Notes under the pieces: generated by a model
Database searches by the model: none
Told to the model about the DNA's origin: nothing
The model's input: only the letters and a program-made list of their open reading frames with translations
NCBI GenBank assembly: GCA_000004985.1
Contig: GG738865.1
DNA length: 64,000 nt
From: Naegleria gruberi
Lineage: Eukaryota
Direction: 5' to 3' (one strand)
Made by a program: the position numbers and the translations under genes
Shown here: piece by piece, positions 22,302-33,530 of the stretch
Layout: each line of letters begins with the position of its first letter
Position numbering within the stretch: position 1 is the first letter of the stretch

Positions 22302-25300
22302 TTAATGGATTTTAGTTTTCTTTCTTGGTTGACGAATACTGGTTGATTGTTTCCTATTATGATTGTTGTCATCTTGTGATTTTCTCTTGTTTTTTGATGA
22401 ATTAGAGGAAGAAGAAGAAGAAGCATTCTTGATTGAAGTGTTGATTTTCTCTGATTTTCTAAAAAGTCTTTCAATGGCTTCTTCCTTATCAGCAGTGGAA
22501 TTGAAATTCTTCTTGAATTCCTTTGAAAGTGCTTGTAATCTTGCTCTTTCTCTTGGTCCAACTGAGAGAATTTCACAATCTTGAGCTCCAATCAAATGTT
22601 TTGATCTTCTCTTACTCTTCTGAACTTGTTGATAATAATTTACTCTGACAGGATTATGAATATATTCAACTCGAGTTGTCTTGTCATCTAAAGTGGTTGT
22701 CTTTTTAACATATTGATTATTGAGTGAAATCTTCTTCTTTCGTCCTCTTTTCTTCTTATTTCCATTTTCTTCTATTGGATTCTCATCCAATATTTCACTT
22801 CTTGAATGGGTTGACAATGAATCATTACTTGCGATATCTGCATTTATAGCATTGTTAGTGCGATGACCTTTCTTTTTCAAGATTAGCTCTTGAACTTCTT
22901 TTTCAGATGTTTCATAAAAGTTTAATCCATTCGAAAGTTTGATTGATTCTTTCCAATAAACATCTCGAAGGGCATCTTTGAAAACATTAATCCTGGCAAG
23001 TGTTTTGGCTGATCTTTTATCTAATTCTGAATCTACTTTCGAATATTCTTCACTTTGTTTCAACAACGTTCTGGCTTGGAACTTTCTTTCAGATCTGCTC
23101 ATATTACTAATAGTTTCGTCTTGGAATAGTTTGGAATCGATTAGAATCTTTCTTGCTTGTGAATCAGTCAAAGATGGAAGAATTTCTTCAGCTTCCATTT
23201 CAATTTGTTTGTTAATTTCACTCACAAACAACTCAACATTTTTCACATTCTGCTGAACTAGCTCTAATAATTCTAATTTGACATTTTCCTTATTACTCTT
23301 AAAGCAAAGTTGGAAATTGCTTGTCTGTTCCCAAGGTAAATTATTTTTAATTCTCTGAATTGCATTAATTAATTTACGATACTTGTCTTCTAATTTGGCA
23401 TATGACAGCTCATAAGCAACCATGTCAGATCTGTCATCAATATGTTGTCTATTAAACTTGTAGTCTCCTAATATCATTGATTCATTCACACAAATCATTT
23501 CAGGTGTCACTAATCTTTGTAATTCTTCATCGGTTGGCAATTTTTCTTTAATTGCAACCCAAACATTTCCTTTTCTGTCCAAAGTGGCAAATTCTTTGAG
23601 TTTTTCTCTAATAGTTTGACGAGGAATATCATCAAACTTTGAAGTTATATCCTTTACACTTATTTTTGCCTTCTTTCCATTTCTAATTTTATCCTTAAAG
23701 AATTTACATATATGGTAAGAGAGTGCATTATTAATGTAGGAATCTAGTGAACGAGTTCTTGGAGGATAAACTTCAATTTGAGGCTGAATATGTCCAACTA
23801 GATATTCATTCGGTATTTCTCTTATAAACCATGTGCTTCTACCATCTGTGGTTGTTCTTTGACATAAAAGGAAATCAGAATTCTTAACTTTTTGTTCATA
23901 AATTTGTGACGAGTACATGTTATTTTGTGCAGTAATTATTTTATCATTAGATTCTAGATTAGTCAACAATGGTATCTCATCCTCATTATCAACCATTATA
24001 GTTATTCCATTTTTGTTAATTGGAATTGGTTGAAATGTTTCTGGTTTCTTACAATAGTTTACAATATTTGTTGCCATTCCAAATTTGTTAATGAGTGAAG
24101 GGGATCTTTCCAAAAATTCCATTAAAACAAGTTGATTATCAACAGCAGATAAATCCATTCTTGATTGAATCGATTTAATCTTTCTTTTTGGTTTCGAATA
24201 ATTCAAGCGGATAGATTCGTTCTTCTTGAAATGTGACAATTTCTTTTGACTAACTTCCTTTCCTTTAGGGAAGAGGTTATAATATTTGGAATCTAACTCT
24301 ATGGCCGGTTTCGAATGTTGAACATGATACTTCTTTGGAATTATTTCATTTCTATTCGAAACTTGATTACAAGAAGATTGATAAAGAAATTCAACTGAAA
24401 TTTCATCATTATCTTTGATTTCTAAATCAATATCATAAATCATTGATTTATCATTCAGGTCAAGAATTAGTTTTTCTTCGTTTGGTTTCGGTTGATTATC
24501 ATCCCAATAAATTTCGTCCAACCAATCACAATTGAGTAGATCAGTATTAAGGAATTGAAGATTTTCTTCTTTTAAATTAGATTTATCTATCAATTTGTTT
24601 GGAGAAACTTGAACATTTTCTTGAGGAGAGTCGAATTTCTTTTTCTTTCGGTATTTTCTCTTCTTTTTCAGAGAGGTTTCGGATAGGAAAGGAGTTTCTT
24701 CTAGAATGGAATTGGATAAAGGTACAGTAGTAATTGTTATTGATTTAGGCAAAGGAATAATTGCTTCCTCCTCAGACGAAACATGAATCATTCCCCAATT
24801 ACCAGAATTATGTTCATAACCAATTACTGATAATTCTTCTAGTATCGAATAACTTTGTTTACCAATTTCAACTCTACTATCATCTTCCCAAACAATTTCA
24901 TCTTCCCATTTCACCATATCAACATTTTCCACATTAACTCTCTCAGGAGGAATAAAGTTATCAATTTCATCTCTCTTCTTGAAATTATTCGAATCAACTT
25001 TAACCTTTCCATTCGAAACAGCTTTAATTTCAATCAAATTATCAAAATAGAAATTTTCCATTCCCTCCTGAACTTGTAAATCATCATTTCTTATCTTTGC
25101 ATAACTTTTTTTGGTAATCTTTTCAATTAAACCACCAAGAAAAAGAGTTTTATATTCATATTCACATTCTTCTTTAGATTTTCTGTTGTGCAAAATTAAT
25201 TCTTCTTCTTCATTATCAGAATTATCAAGTTGACAGTTGACTTCAAATTGCTGACCTATTCCACTTAAACTTTGAACCATATCTTGATCCATGGATTCAA

Positions 25301-25349
25301 AATTACCCAATAGGAGTGATAATCCTATATTTGTTGCCTTTTTAACCAT
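22302..25349 (-). CDS. TFIID subunit TAF1 (TAF(II)250 homolog, compact form).
   Basis: It has the TAF1 central domain signatures VKWEDEIVWEDD and DWLDEIYWDDNQ. A collinear match to human TAF1 DUF3591 is clear: ISVKDITSKF..IREKLKEFATLDR / NVWVAIKEKLPTDEELQRLVTPEM.. ATG is confirmed. Confidence 0.8.
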   Translation of the reverse strand: MVKKATNIGLSLLLGNFESMDQDMVQSLSGIGQQFEVNCQLDNSDNEEEELILHNRKSKEECEYEYKTLFLGGLIEKITKKSYAKIRNDDLQVQEGMENFYFDNLIEIKAVSNGKVKVDSNNFKKRDEIDNFIPPERVNVENVDMVKWEDEIVWEDDSRVEIGKQSYSILEELSVIGYEHNSGNWGMIHVSSEEEAIIPLPKSITITTVPLSNSILEETPFLSETSLKKKRKYRKKKKFDSPQENVQVSPNKLIDKSNLKEENLQFLNTDLLNCDWLDEIYWDDNQPKPNEEKLILDLNDKSMIYDIDLEIKDNDEISVEFLYQSSCNQVSNRNEIIPKKYHVQHSKPAIELDSKYYNLFPKGKEVSQKKLSHFKKNESIRLNYSKPKRKIKSIQSRMDLSAVDNQLVLMEFLERSPSLINKFGMATNIVNYCKKPETFQPIPINKNGITIMVDNEDEIPLLTNLESNDKIITAQNNMYSSQIYEQKVKNSDFLLCQRTTTDGRSTWFIREIPNEYLVGHIQPQIEVYPPRTRSLDSYINNALSYHICKFFKDKIRNGKKAKISVKDITSKFDDIPRQTIREKLKEFATLDRKGNVWVAIKEKLPTDEELQRLVTPEMICVNESMILGDYKFNRQHIDDRSDMVAYELSYAKLEDKYRKLINAIQRIKNNLPWEQTSNFQLCFKSNKENVKLELLELVQQNVKNVELFVSEINKQIEMEAEEILPSLTDSQARKILIDSKLFQDETISNMSRSERKFQARTLLKQSEEYSKVDSELDKRSAKTLARINVFKDALRDVYWKESIKLSNGLNFYETSEKEVQELILKKKGHRTNNAINADIASNDSLSTHSRSEILDENPIEENGNKKKRGRKKKISLNNQYVKKTTTLDDKTTRVEYIHNPVRVNYYQQVQKSKRRSKHLIGAQDCEILSVGPRERARLQALSKEFKKNFNSTADKEEAIERLFRKSEKINTSIKNASSSSSSNSSKNKRKSQDDNNHNRKQSTSIRQPRKKTKIH

Positions 25350-25811
25350 ATATGTTTATACTTTTTTGAAGTTTACGCAACAGTGTCACATTCTTTGACA
25401 TTTCAACTTTTCAATTTTTGTAAAGTTCTTTAAATTGTTATGGTTTTCATATTATTTAAGGCAAATAAATAGTGAACTTGATGAATTTACAAATTTCACC
25501 AACTTCATATCCAATTGTTTGAAAAAAATATCATCAAATCAACAACATGCTGCAATTCATATTGGTCACCACATTACGTGCTTCTTGATCCTTCTTGAGG
25601 GAGGAATAAAAAAATAGTTTACAAAATTTAGGAGATTTTGGATTTTAAACAAAATACTCAAACAGTAGTACATCATGATATTTATGTCATCTGTGCTTGA
25701 ACGAATCCAATAATGTGGTGACCAAGCCATTGGAAAGATTGTCATCATATAAACTTGTGTGAATTTCAGAAGTTCACAACCTTGAGAATTTCAAAAACCA
25801 ACACAAAAAAA

Positions 25812-26357
25812 ATGGCGCAACATTCCCTGTGCAACAATGATGAATGCAACAAACGAATTCGATCCACCATTGAACAATTACCCACCGAATGTTGGTTAAA
25901 TATTTTCAAATATTTAGAATTGCAAGAAATTAAAAGAATTTCCCTCCTAATGAGTCCTGTCATTACTTGGCAATTATTGGACACAACTGATCAGAGTTTT
26001 TTCCGATTATTGTGTGAAGCAAATTTAAAAAGTGATTTGGAGAAGGTTATTCAATCCATTATAGAAAGACCTCAGGTACCACAGTTAGCATACAAGGTGT
26101 TGAAAGGAGCAAGTGCATTGCCACGTAGTCAATTCGTGTACTCCATTTCACAATTGAGAGAAAAACTTAGAATTTGTGTTTTAAAATCAAAAGTATTGTT
26201 TCCTAATTGGTTTAAAGAGGAATCTTTGAATGAATCAATTGATGAAGCTGTTCAGTATTCCTATTCGATTAATAGACCAGTAGTTTTTGATGATGATGAA
26301 AATGATGAAATTGTTGGAAATTATGTGGAAAAGCAAAGACGAAAGGCATCAATTTAG
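25812..26357 (+). CDS. F-box protein, N-terminal part, terminated by a single in-frame TAG (see findings).
   Basis: An F-box motif LPTECWLNIFKYLELQEIKRISLL is present. ATG is at 25812. The frame continues open immediately after the TAG at 26355..26357. Confidence 0.55.
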   Translation: MAQHSLCNNDECNKRIRSTIEQLPTECWLNIFKYLELQEIKRISLLMSPVITWQLLDTTDQSFFRLLCEANLKSDLEKVIQSIIERPQVPQLAYKVLKGASALPRSQFVYSISQLREKLRICVLKSKVLFPNWFKEESLNESIDEAVQYSYSINRPVVFDDDENDEIVGNYVEKQRRKASI

Positions 26358-27517
26358 AAGAGATTAAAATTGAAGAGCTACACTTTTTTGAAAGATTTGC
26401 AAAAGCAAGTTGACAAACAATCAAAAAGACCTACTAAATGGAAATCAGTATGGAATGGTTATTGTAATCAGCACGTTATCAATGATATTACAAATTACAC
26501 ATTAGAATTGGAACATTCCGTGCTAAAAGAAGATGAATTAGTTCCAGATGATTTATATAGATTTATAGAAAAAATCAACAAGTTGTTTGATATGGAACCT
26601 CTATTAAGAAGAAAGATAATGTTCGAAACCATGGCGTTTCCTACCAAGAAATCTAGGACGGCCAATACACATTTTAGGAGGTTCAATACGGAAGTGTATC
26701 GTATTGATTTCCAAGACAGCTCAGTTTTCTTTTCTAAAATTGTGAGAATTTTCTCAAAATTCAGAACAACCATATCTTCTTACTATGTTGCAGAGAAGTA
26801 TAAGAATATCATTGACTTTTTTGTGCAGGAATCAATTGAATATGGAGTTAAAATTCCAATTCTTGTTGATTGTAAGTTTTTTATTCATGTTTGATTTACA
26901 AGTTTTTAGGTTTCTTGGAGAATAATGCACCAATTCACTCGATTCTAACATCCGACTATGGCGGATTGGGTTTGCATATTATTAGAAAGTACCCTCATTT
27001 CATTAAGGAAAGCTCAATAGATTTCAGATTCTATATTCTAGTCAGGTGTTTGAAACATCACTTGGATATCAATATCATTCATTCACTCTTTTATAGTGGG
27101 ATACTCGATTCTAATGTTTTGGAGCATGTACACCGTAATCAATCTGGAGCTACGCCTATAAATCGTTGTAGTATTGGAAAAAGGAATCAAGATACACTTG
27201 ATGGGTCAATGCCTTTATATTTCATGTATGCCATTCATCGACAATATCTTACGAATGAGAATAGATGTTACTTTAGAGAAATATTTAATTTATTTATTGA
27301 TTGCTTTGAAGGAAGAAAAATCCCAGAGTCAAGAAATCCAAATTCTGGAAATTCATTTCATAGATCTGAAAATCATCAATTCCAACAATTCTTGGAAGGA
27401 GCTCTTAATTTCCATTATTATTCATTTAAGGATTTTGCTAAAGAAATGGAAGAACTCAAATTTCCCAAGGACCAAGAAATTGAAACCAACATCTATCAAG
27501 AAGGAGATGAATGGTAA
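26358..27517 (+). pseudogene. Downstream continuation of the F-box reading frame. Two exons: 26358..26871 and 26910..27517, joined by a 38-nt GTAAGT..TAG intron. It is either the C-terminal domain of the F-box protein (with a stop interruption or sequence error) or a separate gene with an internal ATG.
   Basis: It has the same frame as 25812..26357. There is no ATG for the first 74 codons, and the ORF-track start at 26370 is a TTG. The intron restores the frame (..ILVD|CFLENNAPIHS..). Confidence 0.45.
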
Positions 27518-27557
27518 ATTTATGAATGTGGTTTGTCACATACCTCTTGGACAGGAT

Positions 27558-28866
27558 TTATTTTCTAATAAATTCATCAATTTCCTTAATAAACTTTTCT
27601 CCATAAAATTGAATCCAATGAGAACTCTCTTTCACAATAAAAACCTTTGATTCCTTCTGAGCTCTTTCGGTCAATGCTTCCTTCAATGCAAAGTGTGCAC
27701 TTTCCTCAGTTAAATATCTGTCATTTTCTGCATGCAAAAACAAAACTGGCACATCAACCTTCTCCTTATCAAAACTTCTAGTCGATTGAGTACGAAATGC
27801 AGCTCTGTAAAATGAAGTTGCTGTAATGTAGCTCGATTTAATATTTTCCAACCAGAGTTTAGCTTCTTCAGCACTCAATCTTCCTTGATGAGCTTCTTGG
27901 TCGAAACCTGCTGTATTGAAGAACATGGCATAGTCGTTTCTTGTGGAAATTAATTCACTCAATCCAACCAATTGAAGGAAGAAAATGTACCAACTCTTGG
28001 TCAATTGCCTGAAGAATTTTGCAGTATGTTCCTTGATATATTTACCTTCATTTACACGCATTGCAAGTCCAAGAACTGATTTTTCAATAATTTCTGGATA
28101 TTCTCTGAGAAATTGAATTTAAAGTTTACAATGAGTCAACTTACTTCATGGTGAAACCCAATGCTGCTGCACCCCAATCGTGAGAAATGAAGATAGCCTT
28201 TTCTCTCTTGGCATATTCTGTAACTAAAAGTTGATAATCTTTGGCCAATTTCACATCAACATATTCATATGGAATTGAATTGAGATCCTTGAGATATTTC
28301 TTTAAAGATTCAAAGGACATGTCAGTTGGCAGTCCTTTGCTAACTTGTTCCAAATCAACACCTTCTGGAACTGGTTTAGAGCTTGCATTGTATCCTCTAT
28401 TATCGAAAAAAGGAGGAAATATATTTCAAATAAATATTCGAAACTATTGAAACACATACCTCATATCAGGAGCAATGACCCAATATCCTTGTTGAATGAA
28501 ATGATCCAGATATCTTCCGAAACACAACAAGGCAGTTTCTGGATAGCCATGCATAAAAATCAATAACTTTTGATTCGTTTCTCCTTCCTTTCTTCCTCCT
28601 TCCAATGCATTAAAAATAATTCCATTCGAAAGTGAAATCTTGACAAAATTAGCCAATTTAGGTGGGAAATTCATAGTAATACCATTGGCTTTCATAATGG
28701 GATTCATCTTTTCATGATATTCCTCCAATGTTTGGATTGGCCAATCTTTACTCAACTGGTCAAGGTTTGGAAATGGATAAAAAGCTAAAAAACCAAACCA
28801 AGCCGAAATGAGAAGAATGATGGAAAGGAAAACAGTTCGACAACAGGTGGAGAGCAATCCTGACAT
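27558..28866 (-). CDS. Epoxide hydrolase (alpha/beta-hydrolase fold, N-terminally membrane-anchored EPHX3/4-like). Three exons: 28460..28866, 28145..28396, 27558..28104.
   Basis: It has the HGYPE oxyanion motif, the SHDWGA nucleophile motif, and C-terminal ..VPVLFLHAENDRY..ESSHW.. with the catalytic His. Introns of 63 and 40 nt (GTATGT/GTAAGT..AG) restore alignment to soluble epoxide hydrolase (..VIAPDMRGYNAS.., ..FTMKEYPEII..). An N-terminal TM helix is present. Confidence 0.8.
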
Positions 28867-29085
28867 TTTTTTTTCAATCAAGATCTTGTGAAAAACTGTT
28901 GAAAGAAACGAAAGCTTCCGAAATGGAACGTGGGAGGAGATTCATGATGTGGTAACCAATCAATTGATTACATTATTTTTTCTTTACAATTAATTGTACA
29001 ATTTATTTATTAATATAATATAATTTAAATATATATTGTTCGTCTTTTTAACAAAATTTTGATATTGAACTGATAAGAAATCAAA

Positions 29086-31026
29086 TTATTCAACGTCAAG
29101 ATCATTAAAAGTTGGAGCTTTTGTTTCTGTTGGTTCTGATTGAAATGAATCAGAGGAAGCAGCAGATTGAGGAGAATGAATGTTAGCCATAATTGGAGAA
29201 CAAATTCTTTCTAATTGTTGCTTCTTTTGTTCAATTTCTTCCAATGAACAACTCAATACATTATTCATATTATCTAACCATGATTGAATCTCATTACATG
29301 CAGAGTTGACCTTACTCTTATCATCTTGTGAGATCTTTGTTGAATAGTTAGGATCTTCCATGGTAGATTTGATGGAGAAGACATAATTTTCCAATGAATT
29401 CTTTGCATCAATCTTTTCCTTTGCAATTTTATCTTGAGCTTCCATTTCTTGAGCTTGTTTTAACATTTCTTTGATTTCTTCATCGGATAATCTTCCTTTT
29501 TCATTGTTAATAGTTAAAGATTCAGTCTTACCAGAACATTGAGCAGAAACTGTCATGATACTATTAGTGTCAACATTAAATGTCACATCAATTACTGGAA
29601 CACCTCTTTTAGCAGGTGGAATTCCTTCCAAATTGAATTTACCCAATAAGTGATTATCCTTTGTCAATGGTCTTTCACCTTCATACACTTGAATAGTGAC
29701 AGCTGTCTGATTATCAGCATAGGTAGAAAATTGCATGGTTTTCTTACATGGAATCTTTGAATTTCTATCAATCAATTTAGTCATTACTCCACCAGCAGTT
29801 TCAATTCCCAATGACAATGGAGCAACATCAACCAATAGAACTTTCTTTTCCTTTCCTGTCAACACAGCACCTTGAACAGCAGCTCCATAAGCAACTGCTT
29901 CATCTGGATTGATTGACTTGCAAAGTTCTTTACCATTGAAGAAGTCTTTGAGCATATCTTGAACTTTTGGAATACGAGTTGAACCACCAACCAAAACAAT
30001 GTCATCAATTTGTGACTTGTCATAACCAGAATCTTGAATTACCTTCTTGACAGGTTCGAAACATTTCTTGAACAATTCCAAATTCAATTGTTCAAATTTG
30101 GCACGTGTCATGACAATGTCCATATCCAATCCATCCATAATGGCATCCACGTTAATGGAAGCATTCGATGCTGCAGATAAATTTCTCTTTGCTCTTTCAC
30201 ATGCAGTTCTCAATCTTCTTAATGCTCTTGGATTTTCCTTAACATTCTTCTTGAACTTTCTCTTGAATTCTTCACAACAGAATTCGACCATCAAATTATC
30301 AAAATCTTCACCTCCTAAATGGGTATCACCTGCTGTTGCTTTCACTTCAAATAATTCACCATCATCAATGTCAAGAATTGAAACATCAAATGTACCACCA
30401 CCCAAATCGAATATCAAAACAGTTCTTTCACCTTTCTTATTTAAACCATAGGCAATAGCAGCAGCTGTTGGTTCATTAACAATTCTCAAAACATCTAAAC
30501 CAGCAATGGTTCCACTATCTTTGGTGGATTGTCTTTGAGAGTCATTGAAATAGGCAGGAACTGTGATGACTGCCTTCTTTACAGTTTTACCCAAATATTG
30601 TTCAGCAATGTCTTTCATTTTGGTTAGAACCATGGCTGAGATTTGTTCTGGAGTGAATGTGTGAATTTCACCTTTGAATTCGACTTGAATTTTAGGTTTA
30701 TCATCACCTGTTTCAGAGACAACTTTGAATGGCCAATGTTTCATATCATCTTGAACAGTTTCCTCTGAAAACTTTCTACCAATTAAACGTTTAGCATCGA
30801 ATACAGTATTGTGTGGGTTCATTGCCACTTGATTCTTTGCAGAATCACCAATCAATCTCTCTTGATCTGTGAATGCAACATAGGAAGGAGTTGTTCTATT
30901 ACCTTGATCATTTGGAACAATTTCAATAGTATCATTCATGTAAACACCAACACAGGAATAGGTTGTTCCCAAATCAATTCCAATAGCACCGTCAAATAGT
31001 TCAGAAGTTGTTGAAGTAGTAGACAT
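29086..31026 (-). CDS. Cytosolic Hsp70 (HSPA/Hsc70 family), intronless.
   Basis: It has [20 protein letters not shown] and the full NBD/SBD. It is 646 aa. The C-terminus ends ..FNDLDVE rather than canonical EEVD. Confidence 0.95.
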   Translation of the reverse strand: MSTTSTTSELFDGAIGIDLGTTYSCVGVYMNDTIEIVPNDQGNRTTPSYVAFTDQERLIGDSAKNQVAMNPHNTVFDAKRLIGRKFSEETVQDDMKHWPFKVVSETGDDKPKIQVEFKGEIHTFTPEQISAMVLTKMKDIAEQYLGKTVKKAVITVPAYFNDSQRQSTKDSGTIAGLDVLRIVNEPTAAAIAYGLNKKGERTVLIFDLGGGTFDVSILDIDDGELFEVKATAGDTHLGGEDFDNLMVEFCCEEFKRKFKKNVKENPRALRRLRTACERAKRNLSAASNASINVDAIMDGLDMDIVMTRAKFEQLNLELFKKCFEPVKKVIQDSGYDKSQIDDIVLVGGSTRIPKVQDMLKDFFNGKELCKSINPDEAVAYGAAVQGAVLTGKEKKVLLVDVAPLSLGIETAGGVMTKLIDRNSKIPCKKTMQFSTYADNQTAVTIQVYEGERPLTKDNHLLGKFNLEGIPPAKRGVPVIDVTFNVDTNSIMTVSAQCSGKTESLTINNEKGRLSDEEIKEMLKQAQEMEAQDKIAKEKIDAKNSLENYVFSIKSTMEDPNYSTKISQDDKSKVNSACNEIQSWLDNMNNVLSCSLEEIEQKKQQLERICSPIMANIHSPQSAASSDSFQSEPTETKAPTFNDLDVE

Positions 31027-31332
31027 TTTGAAATTATAGTATATTAATTACAATAGTATTGTTTTTTTTCAGTTTGTGATTTTGTTGCTGCTGTTGATAA
31101 ATGTTGCATTGGTGGTTTTTATATAGATTGTTGTTTGTGGATTTTGTCATGGAAGTTATTTCGGTAAATAAGGAAGTGAAACCGAAAATCAAGGAAATTA
31201 AGGAACTGAGATACCGAAGTTACCGAGAGTGAAAATTAGATATTTTTCAGACCATTTTTGTAAACAACCAACTTTCAATCAGAATCCAAAAGTAATATTT
31301 TTAAATTCTTTAATGTTTAGTAATAGTATAAA

Positions 31333-31344
31333 TTTTGGCGCCAA
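31333..31344. promoter_or_regulatory. TTTTGGCGCCAA palindromic E2F-like site, 15 bp upstream of the Ser-rich protein ATG (31359).
   Basis: It shares the GGCGCCAA core with the sites at 33531 and 17897. Confidence 0.4.
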
Positions 31345-31358
31345 TCAAATACAAAAAA

Positions 31359-33518
31359 ATGTTTCGAGGTGGTAAACCCACTGCTTCTCGGGTTTCTACG
31401 AATATACAAAAACCATCCACGAATAGGGTATTACCCTCATCAGCATCATCAAAAGGTGGTACTTCTGCTTCTTCGGGAGTAAAAGGAGTAGTCACTACAC
31501 CATCCACTCCAAAGACAAGGCTATCAGCAGCATCATCGGTGGTGAGAACTTCCTCTTCATCGCAACCTCAACCATCTAAGAGCCCTAGTAATATTGGAAA
31601 GAATAATATACATTATAATCATAGAAATCCTAGTGAGGATATATCCCGAGAATCAAATAATAGTAAAATTGAGGAAGAAGATGACGACGATATGGAAATA
31701 ATGTCAGTCAATGACCAATATCAATATTTAAAAGACTCGAACAAATCTAAGGATCAAAATTCTAGTATCAAGTCAATTAGATCAAGTCGATCGAGTAAAT
31801 CTAATAGATCTACAATGTCGGAAATGGGTATGTCTGACGATTCAATCCCTTTGAAAATGAAAAAGAAGGTTCAAATTGAAACTCCAAGAGAAAGGGACTA
31901 CAGAGATTCAAGAGATTCTAGTAGTACTCGTTCAATACCAACTGAGGAGCAAAATGAGGACTTTGGGGAAGAGCAAAGTGTATCCAGTTCAAATAATTCT
32001 CTTCATATTTTATCTTCTGTGAGAAGAAAGTTAAAGGAGGAAGAGGCAGAAGAAGAGCAACCTGTAAATAACAATCCCAGACCTTCAAGAATTGCTGAAT
32101 ATATCAAAAGATTTAGAACAGCTCCTCCTACACAGAGGAGTGAACGAAAACGTTTGGAATTTGAGGATGAAAAGGAAGAACCAATACCAGTACCAAGAAA
32201 TGAGAGAAGGAAATCACCAGAGTTAGAATCTCTGGTTACTAATTCTAGAGAAGATAATCGATCATGGATGAAGAGAGCAATGCAAAGCTCCATAGATAGC
32301 TCTCATCCTTCCATAAGAAACATTAATCAAATGAAAGAATCGATCAAGCAAGAAATAATGGATGTGGAGGACAACATTGAGCGTGCAAAAAGATACTCTC
32401 AATTTAACCTAGATGAAGAGGAAGCCCTGGCCCTTTCAACACAAGATCATTTTTCATATATGGATACTCTAGACTTTAATATCAACGAACTTAATAATAT
32501 TACAGATTTAGCTCTGGAAAATGGAAGTTTCAAAATGTTTGGGAATGTTGAAAGTATTCTGTCGAAGCTGTCTAACGAAAAAACCAATCAATCTAAGGAC
32601 TCGATAAATTCTGAAAAGAAAATGGATGAAACTAGTGATTCAAGTGACGAAGAAAAACTAGATGAAATGTTTAGAAAAGGAGTATTATCGAGATTACAAT
32701 CCATTGGGCTTCACGAGTCATATTTGGATCTGGAAAGTTATGATATTCTAAGTAGTAACGAGAAACCAAAAATTGAGAATGTCAAAGTTGATAAACTGGA
32801 TGAGTTAAAGAAGGAAAGCGAGCAAGTTGAAAAATTGCTTCAAGGGAAAAAAAGCCGAGAGAATTCAATTATTTTAGAGAAAGAAAAGGAATTACCAAAA
32901 CTTACTCAAAAAGATTCAAATCATTCAATACTAAGTAGTGTGAAATCCTCTTCCCAATCTTTGTTGTCTGAGGAAAAGTCACCTTCAAAATATGAGATTA
33001 GTATAGATCATGAAGATATGGAGGAAGGTTTCTTCCCTGTAGTAACCATTAAATCAGACAAGTCTGGCCCAGTTGTTTCTCAATCAATGGAATCATTAGA
33101 GAGTGACAATAGTGCGTTTGAGTCGAGACAATTAGACTTTGTTGACGAAGAAGAATTAATTCAAAGACAAAAGAAAAGCGAGCTAACACCACCAATGATG
33201 ACAGAAAGTATTGACAGTCTTCTTGGTAAATCCATTGAGTCTGTTTCATCAGTATCATCTGCAAATGATAATGATATGAGTACTATGGGATATTGTCAAC
33301 GAATGATTGAACAAATGGTTAGTTCAGAACCAGAACCTGAACCAGAAAAACCAATCATTGAAAAATCAATAGAAAAGAAAGAAGTAATTGATATTAATGA
33401 TGATAATCATGAACTCTTTACCAATGATTACATTTGCCAAACACTACGACAAAAAATAGATCAATTGAAAAGCAGATTAGTAGAGTTGGAGAAGAAGGAT
33501 TCCCTTCTCAAATACTAA
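31359..33518 (+). CDS. Ser-rich acidic low-complexity protein with a C-terminal coiled coil. The start is re-anchored to ATG (MFRGGKPTAS...).
   Basis: The ORF is open for about 720 codons. It has S/T runs, acidic blocks, and a terminal heptad segment (LRQKIDQLKSRLVELEKK). I recognise no family. Confidence 0.5.
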   Translation: MFRGGKPTASRVSTNIQKPSTNRVLPSSASSKGGTSASSGVKGVVTTPSTPKTRLSAASSVVRTSSSSQPQPSKSPSNIGKNNIHYNHRNPSEDISRESNNSKIEEEDDDDMEIMSVNDQYQYLKDSNKSKDQNSSIKSIRSSRSSKSNRSTMSEMGMSDDSIPLKMKKKVQIETPRERDYRDSRDSSSTRSIPTEEQNEDFGEEQSVSSSNNSLHILSSVRRKLKEEEAEEEQPVNNNPRPSRIAEYIKRFRTAPPTQRSERKRLEFEDEKEEPIPVPRNERRKSPELESLVTNSREDNRSWMKRAMQSSIDSSHPSIRNINQMKESIKQEIMDVEDNIERAKRYSQFNLDEEEALALSTQDHFSYMDTLDFNINELNNITDLALENGSFKMFGNVESILSKLSNEKTNQSKDSINSEKKMDETSDSSDEEKLDEMFRKGVLSRLQSIGLHESYLDLESYDILSSNEKPKIENVKVDKLDELKKESEQVEKLLQGKKSRENSIILEKEKELPKLTQKDSNHSILSSVKSSSQSLLSEEKSPSKYEISIDHEDMEEGFFPVVTIKSDKSGPVVSQSMESLESDNSAFESRQLDFVDEEELIQRQKKSELTPPMMTESIDSLLGKSIESVSSVSSANDNDMSTMGYCQRMIEQMVSSEPEPEPEKPIIEKSIEKKEVIDINDDNHELFTNDYICQTLRQKIDQLKSRLVELEKKDSLLKY

Positions 33519-33530
33519 TAACATGGTTTG

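Noticed and set aside
26325-26357. A 33-nt GTGGAA..TAG 'micro-intron' that would splice out the in-frame stop of the F-box gene.
   Set aside because: It is shorter than every other intron inferred here (38 nt or more). The donor is far from the GTAAGT consensus used elsewhere. I kept it only as a minor alternative in the finding.
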